Below, in pieces: positions 60,698 through 64,000 of a stretch of DNA of 64,000 bases; the first letter of the stretch is position 1; each line of letters begins with the position of its first letter. The DNA is from Cryobacterium sp. (GTDB taxonomy: Bacteria > Actinomycetota > Actinomycetes > Actinomycetales > Microbacteriaceae): the NCBI GenBank assembly GCA_019638935.1, contig JAHBSW010000002.1, forward strand, positions 37,968 to 101,967, read 5' to 3'. Below the pieces are notes generated by a model that searched no databases, was not told where the DNA came from, and was given only the letters and a program-made list of their open reading frames with translations. Position numbers and translations under genes: made by a program.

Positions 60698-61912
60698 ATG
60701 TCCCGACCCCTTCCCGAGGATCCGTTCATCCGCTCGCTGGTACAGCGCGCCAGAGCTGCTCAGGTCAACCGCCGCCACGTGTTGCAGGGCATGGGAGTCG
60801 GTGCCGCGGCCATGACTCTCGCGGCCTGCTCGACCGGAACCGGTGACCGTCCGACCGCCGCTACCGACGTCTCCGACACCGAGAAGCTCGTGCGCTGGGA
60901 CAACTGGTCGTTCTACCTCGACGTCGACGAGGACACCGGCGAGTACCCCTCGCTCGAGGCATTCATGGCGGAGACGGGCATCGAGGCGACCTACGCCGAG
61001 GCCGTCGACGACAACAACACCTACTACGGCAAGGTCAAGGACCAGTTGCAGCTCGGCCAGGACATCGGCGCCGACGTCGTCTGTCTCACCGACTGGATGG
61101 CCGCTCGCATGATCCGCTTCGGCTACACCCAGGAACTCGACTACAGCAACATGCCGAACGTCACGGCGAACCTCGTTCCCGCGCTCAAAGACGTGAGCTT
61201 CGACCCGGGCCGCAAGCACACGCTCCCCTGGCAGGGCGGCTTCGCAGGAATCGCCTGGAACAAGGATGAGCTGCCCGGTGGCCTCACGAGCGTCTCCGAC
61301 CTCTGGGACCCGTCGCTCAAGGGACGCGTCGGGGTGCTCTCCGAGATGCGCGACACCCTCGGCTGCATCATGCAGGACCTCGGCACTCAGATCGACGGCG
61401 ACTGGGGCGACGAGGAGTTCGCTGCGGCGATGGATGTCTTCCGCACCCACGTCGAGAGCGGCCAGATCCGCAACATCAAGGGCAACGCCTACACCGAGGA
61501 CCTGCAGAACAAGGACACGATCGCCGCCATCGTGTGGTCGGGTGACATCACGATCCTCAACTTCGAGGCCGGCGACCACTGGGAGTTCGCCATCCCGTCG
61601 AAGGGCGGCACCCTGTGGAACGACAACTTCCTCGTTCCGATCGGCTCCACGCACAAGACGAACGCCGAGAAGCTCATCAACCACTACTACGACCCCGAGA
61701 TCGCGGCGATCGTCGCGGCATACGTCAACTTCATCCCGCCCGTTGTCGGAGCCAAGGAAGCGATGATGGAGCTCGACCCCGAGCTCGCGGAAGACCAGCT
61801 GATCTTCCCGAATGACGCGACACTGGCCAACGCGCACGTGTTCCGCAGCCTCGATGCGGCCGAGGAGCAGCGCTACAGCGCCGAGTTCCAGTCGGTCGGG
61901 CTCGGAGCCTAA
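60698..61912 (+). CDS. ABC transporter substrate-binding lipoprotein, spermidine/putrescine (PotD/PotF) type
   Basis: Tat-like/lipoprotein N-terminus NRRHVLQGMGVGAAAMTLAACSTG. PotD-like length and Trp/Tyr/Asp-rich body. Confidence 0.82.
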   Translation: MSRPLPEDPFIRSLVQRARAAQVNRRHVLQGMGVGAAAMTLAACSTGTGDRPTAATDVSDTEKLVRWDNWSFYLDVDEDTGEYPSLEAFMAETGIEATYAEAVDDNNTYYGKVKDQLQLGQDIGADVVCLTDWMAARMIRFGYTQELDYSNMPNVTANLVPALKDVSFDPGRKHTLPWQGGFAGIAWNKDELPGGLTSVSDLWDPSLKGRVGVLSEMRDTLGCIMQDLGTQIDGDWGDEEFAAAMDVFRTHVESGQIRNIKGNAYTEDLQNKDTIAAIVWSGDITILNFEAGDHWEFAIPSKGGTLWNDNFLVPIGSTHKTNAEKLINHYYDPEIAAIVAAYVNFIPPVVGAKEAMMELDPELAEDQLIFPNDATLANAHVFRSLDAAEEQRYSAEFQSVGLGA

Positions 61913-61914
61913 CG

Positions 61915-63123
61915 ATGGCCGCCGCGAGCGGATTCGCCGAAAGCGGTGCGGACCTCGACCTCGTCGGCATCCAGAAAAGGTTTCCCGGGTTCACGGCGAT
62001 CGAGCACCTCGACCTGACGATTCCGGCGGGTTCCTTCTTCGCGCTGCTCGGGCCGTCGGGCTGTGGCAAGACCACGACCCTGCGGCTCGTTGCGGGGCTC
62101 GAAGACCCGACCACCGGCCAGGTGCTGATCGGTGGAAAGGACGTCACGAAGCTGCGCCCGTTCGAGCGCCCCGTCAACACGGTGTTCCAGAGCTACGCGC
62201 TCTTCCCGCACATGACGGTGCTCGAGAACGTGGCGTTCGGGCTGCGCCGTCGCAAGATCGCCGACCCGATCGACAAGGCGCACGAAGCGCTTCGCCTGGT
62301 CGAGCTCGACCATCTCGCGACGCGCAAGCCGCAGCAGCTCTCCGGCGGGCAGCAGCAGCGCGTCGCCCTCGCGCGTGCGCTTGTCAACCGTCCCGCGCTG
62401 CTGCTGCTCGATGAGCCGCTCGGCGCGCTTGACCTCAAGCTGCGTCGCCAGATGCAGATCGAGCTCAAGTCGATTCAGGAGTCGGTGGGCCTCACCTTCC
62501 TGCACGTCACGCACGATCAGGAAGAGGCCATGACCATGGCCGACACGGTCGCCGTCATGAACAAGGGCCGCATCGAGCAGATGGGCGCTCCGGAGGTGCT
62601 CTACGAGCTGCCGCGCACGGCGTTCGTGGCGAACTTCCTGGGTCAGTCCAATCTGTTCACCGGCCCGGTCGCGGGTACGACCGCCGACGCGATCTCGGTC
62701 GACGTCGCGGGGGTCAAGGTCGTCGTGCCCAAGTCGCGTGCCGCGCGCCACACGGGCACGGTGACGATCGGGGTTCGCCCCGAGAAGCTCGCGCTGCACA
62801 CCGAGAAGCCGGCGACGGATGCGTCGACCAACGCCCTCGGCCCCGGTCGTGTCATCGACGTCTCGTTCACGGGAGTGAGCACGCAGTACCTCGTCGACAT
62901 CCCCGGTGTGGGCAATGTCACGGTGTTCACCCAGAACATGGGCTTCGGTCCGACGGCGCACGAGGGTGCCGAGGTGTGGGTGTCGTGGCACGTCGAGCAC
63001 GGTTTCGGTCTCGAAGACGACCCGGACGCCGAGCCGCGGTTCTCGCCGGACGCTGACACCCAGATGCTCGCGGTTCAGACCAAGAACGAGCTGCAGTCGG
63101 AGCTCGAGGCCGAGGAGGCGTAG
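61915..63123 (+). CDS. potA: polyamine-type ABC transporter ATP-binding protein
   Basis: Walker A GPSGCGKTT, signature LSGGQQQRVALARAL, Walker B LLLLDEPLGALD, plus a C-terminal TOBE-like domain. Confidence 0.88.
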   Translation: MAAASGFAESGADLDLVGIQKRFPGFTAIEHLDLTIPAGSFFALLGPSGCGKTTTLRLVAGLEDPTTGQVLIGGKDVTKLRPFERPVNTVFQSYALFPHMTVLENVAFGLRRRKIADPIDKAHEALRLVELDHLATRKPQQLSGGQQQRVALARALVNRPALLLLDEPLGALDLKLRRQMQIELKSIQESVGLTFLHVTHDQEEAMTMADTVAVMNKGRIEQMGAPEVLYELPRTAFVANFLGQSNLFTGPVAGTTADAISVDVAGVKVVVPKSRAARHTGTVTIGVRPEKLALHTEKPATDASTNALGPGRVIDVSFTGVSTQYLVDIPGVGNVTVFTQNMGFGPTAHEGAEVWVSWHVEHGFGLEDDPDAEPRFSPDADTQMLAVQTKNELQSELEAEEA

Positions 63124-63126
63124 GCC

Positions 63127-64000
63127 GTGGCCTTTACCGCGTTCTCCACCGGCACCGCCAAGGAGCAGGCGCCACGGCGCAAGAGCAAGATCGCACTGCT
63201 GCTGCTGCTTCCTGGCATCCTGTACCTGCTGCTGTTCTTCCTGGTGCCGCTGGTCGCGCTCATCGCGACCTCGCTTCAGGAGCCCGTGCCCTTCGGCGAC
63301 TTCGGGCAGTATCAGACGGCGTTCCGGTGGCAGAACTACGTCGAGGTCATCACGACCTATGGCGATCAGATCATCCGGTCGTTCACCTACGCCCTGCTCG
63401 CGACGATCTTCGCGCTGCTCTTCAGCTATCCCATCGCGTACTTCATCGGCGTGAAGTGCCGGCAGTGGCCCCTTCTGCAGAACCTGCTGCTCGTGCTCGT
63501 GATCGCGCCGTTCTTCATCAGCTTTCTGCTCCGCACCCTCGCCTGGAAGTCGATTCTCGCCGACGAGAGCTTCATCGTCACCGGCCTCAAGGCGCTCTCG
63601 CTCATGGCTCCCGACGCCCACTTCACCGGCACACCTGCCGCCGTCGTCTTCGGCCTGACCTACAACTTCATCCCCTTCATGACACTCCCCATCTACGCGG
63701 CCCTCGAGCGCCTCGACACCCGCCTTCTTGAGGCCGGTCGCGACCTCTATGCGAAGCCCGCGACATCCTTCTTCAAGATCACCGTGCCGCTCTCGATGGC
63801 GGGCATCGTCTCGGGGGTGCTCCTGACCTTCATTCCCGCGGCGGGCGACTACATCAACGCGAGCAGTCGATTCCTCGGCGGGTCGAGCACGTCGATGATC
63901 GGCAACGTCATCGAGTCGAACTTCCTGGTGTCACTCAACTATCCGGCCGCGGCGGCGCTCTCGATAATCCTCATGTCGATCATCCTCGTGCTCGTCACCG
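63127..64000 (+). CDS. potB: polyamine-type ABC transporter permease (3' end beyond the window)
   Basis: Absent from the track because it has no stop in the window. My translation from GVG 63127 reads VAFTAFSTGTAKEQAPRRKSKIALLLLLPGILYLLLFFLVPLVALIATSLQEP and later LEAGRDLYAKPATSFFKITVPLSMAG (EAA-loop region). The frame stays open to position 64000. Confidence 0.8.
   Translation, partial: MAFTAFSTGTAKEQAPRRKSKIALLLLLPGILYLLLFFLVPLVALIATSLQEPVPFGDFGQYQTAFRWQNYVEVITTYGDQIIRSFTYALLATIFALLFSYPIAYFIGVKCRQWPLLQNLLLVLVIAPFFISFLLRTLAWKSILADESFIVTGLKALSLMAPDAHFTGTPAAVVFGLTYNFIPFMTLPIYAALERLDTRLLEAGRDLYAKPATSFFKITVPLSMAGIVSGVLLTFIPAAGDYINASSRFLGGSSTSMIGNVIESNFLVSLNYPAAAALSIILMSIILVLVT

Overview
This is high-G+C, gene-dense chromosomal DNA from an actinobacterium. 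Protein sequences and gene order look Micrococcales/Microbacteriaceae-like, but that is my judgement from reading, not a search result. I support 53 protein-coding genes, four loci of one intergenic palindromic repeat family, two further long hairpins and a few candidate regulatory sites. I saw no rRNA, tRNA, CRISPR array, transposase or integrase. Positions 1-30.5 kb hold the conserved actinobacterial backbone lysA-hom-thrC-thrB-rho-prfA-prmC-tsaC-wecA-atpIBEFHAGDC, in the same order as M. tuberculosis Rv1293-Rv1311. It is preceded by an MFS gene, ung, an ABC-2 exporter and a cysteine desulfurase-mnmA pair. The backbone is interrupted by an inverted cupin-cysE-cysK block and by a permease pair plus an Ig/beta-propeller protein, and rpmE is absent. 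Positions 30.5-43 kb carry yaaA, ogt, two oxidoreductases, a TetR-linked heterodimeric ABC exporter and a putrescine-type catabolic cluster (FAD oxidoreductase, class-III aminotransferase, Lrp, aldehyde dehydrogenase). Positions 43.1-60.5 kb are the part most worth a second look: a tightly coupled nine-gene, same-strand block. It encodes an FHA protein, a PP2C phosphatase, a Hanks kinase with an Fn3-like ectodomain and a 1975-aa membrane-anchored Ig/cadherin/Fn3 protein. It continues with a MoxR AAA+ ATPase, a DUF58 protein, a TgpA-like transglutaminase-fold membrane protein whose catalytic Cys and His are substituted, a double-zinc-ribbon FHA protein and an EccC/EssC-like FtsK-SpoIIIE ATPase. 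Every part is a known family, but I know of no characterised function for the ensemble. I propose a Ser/Thr-phosphorylation-gated export or surface-assembly machine. Positions 60.7-64 kb hold a PotD/PotA/PotB-type polyamine importer behind an unusually AT-rich leader. All functional calls come from reading the translations by eye for motifs; no database search was possible.
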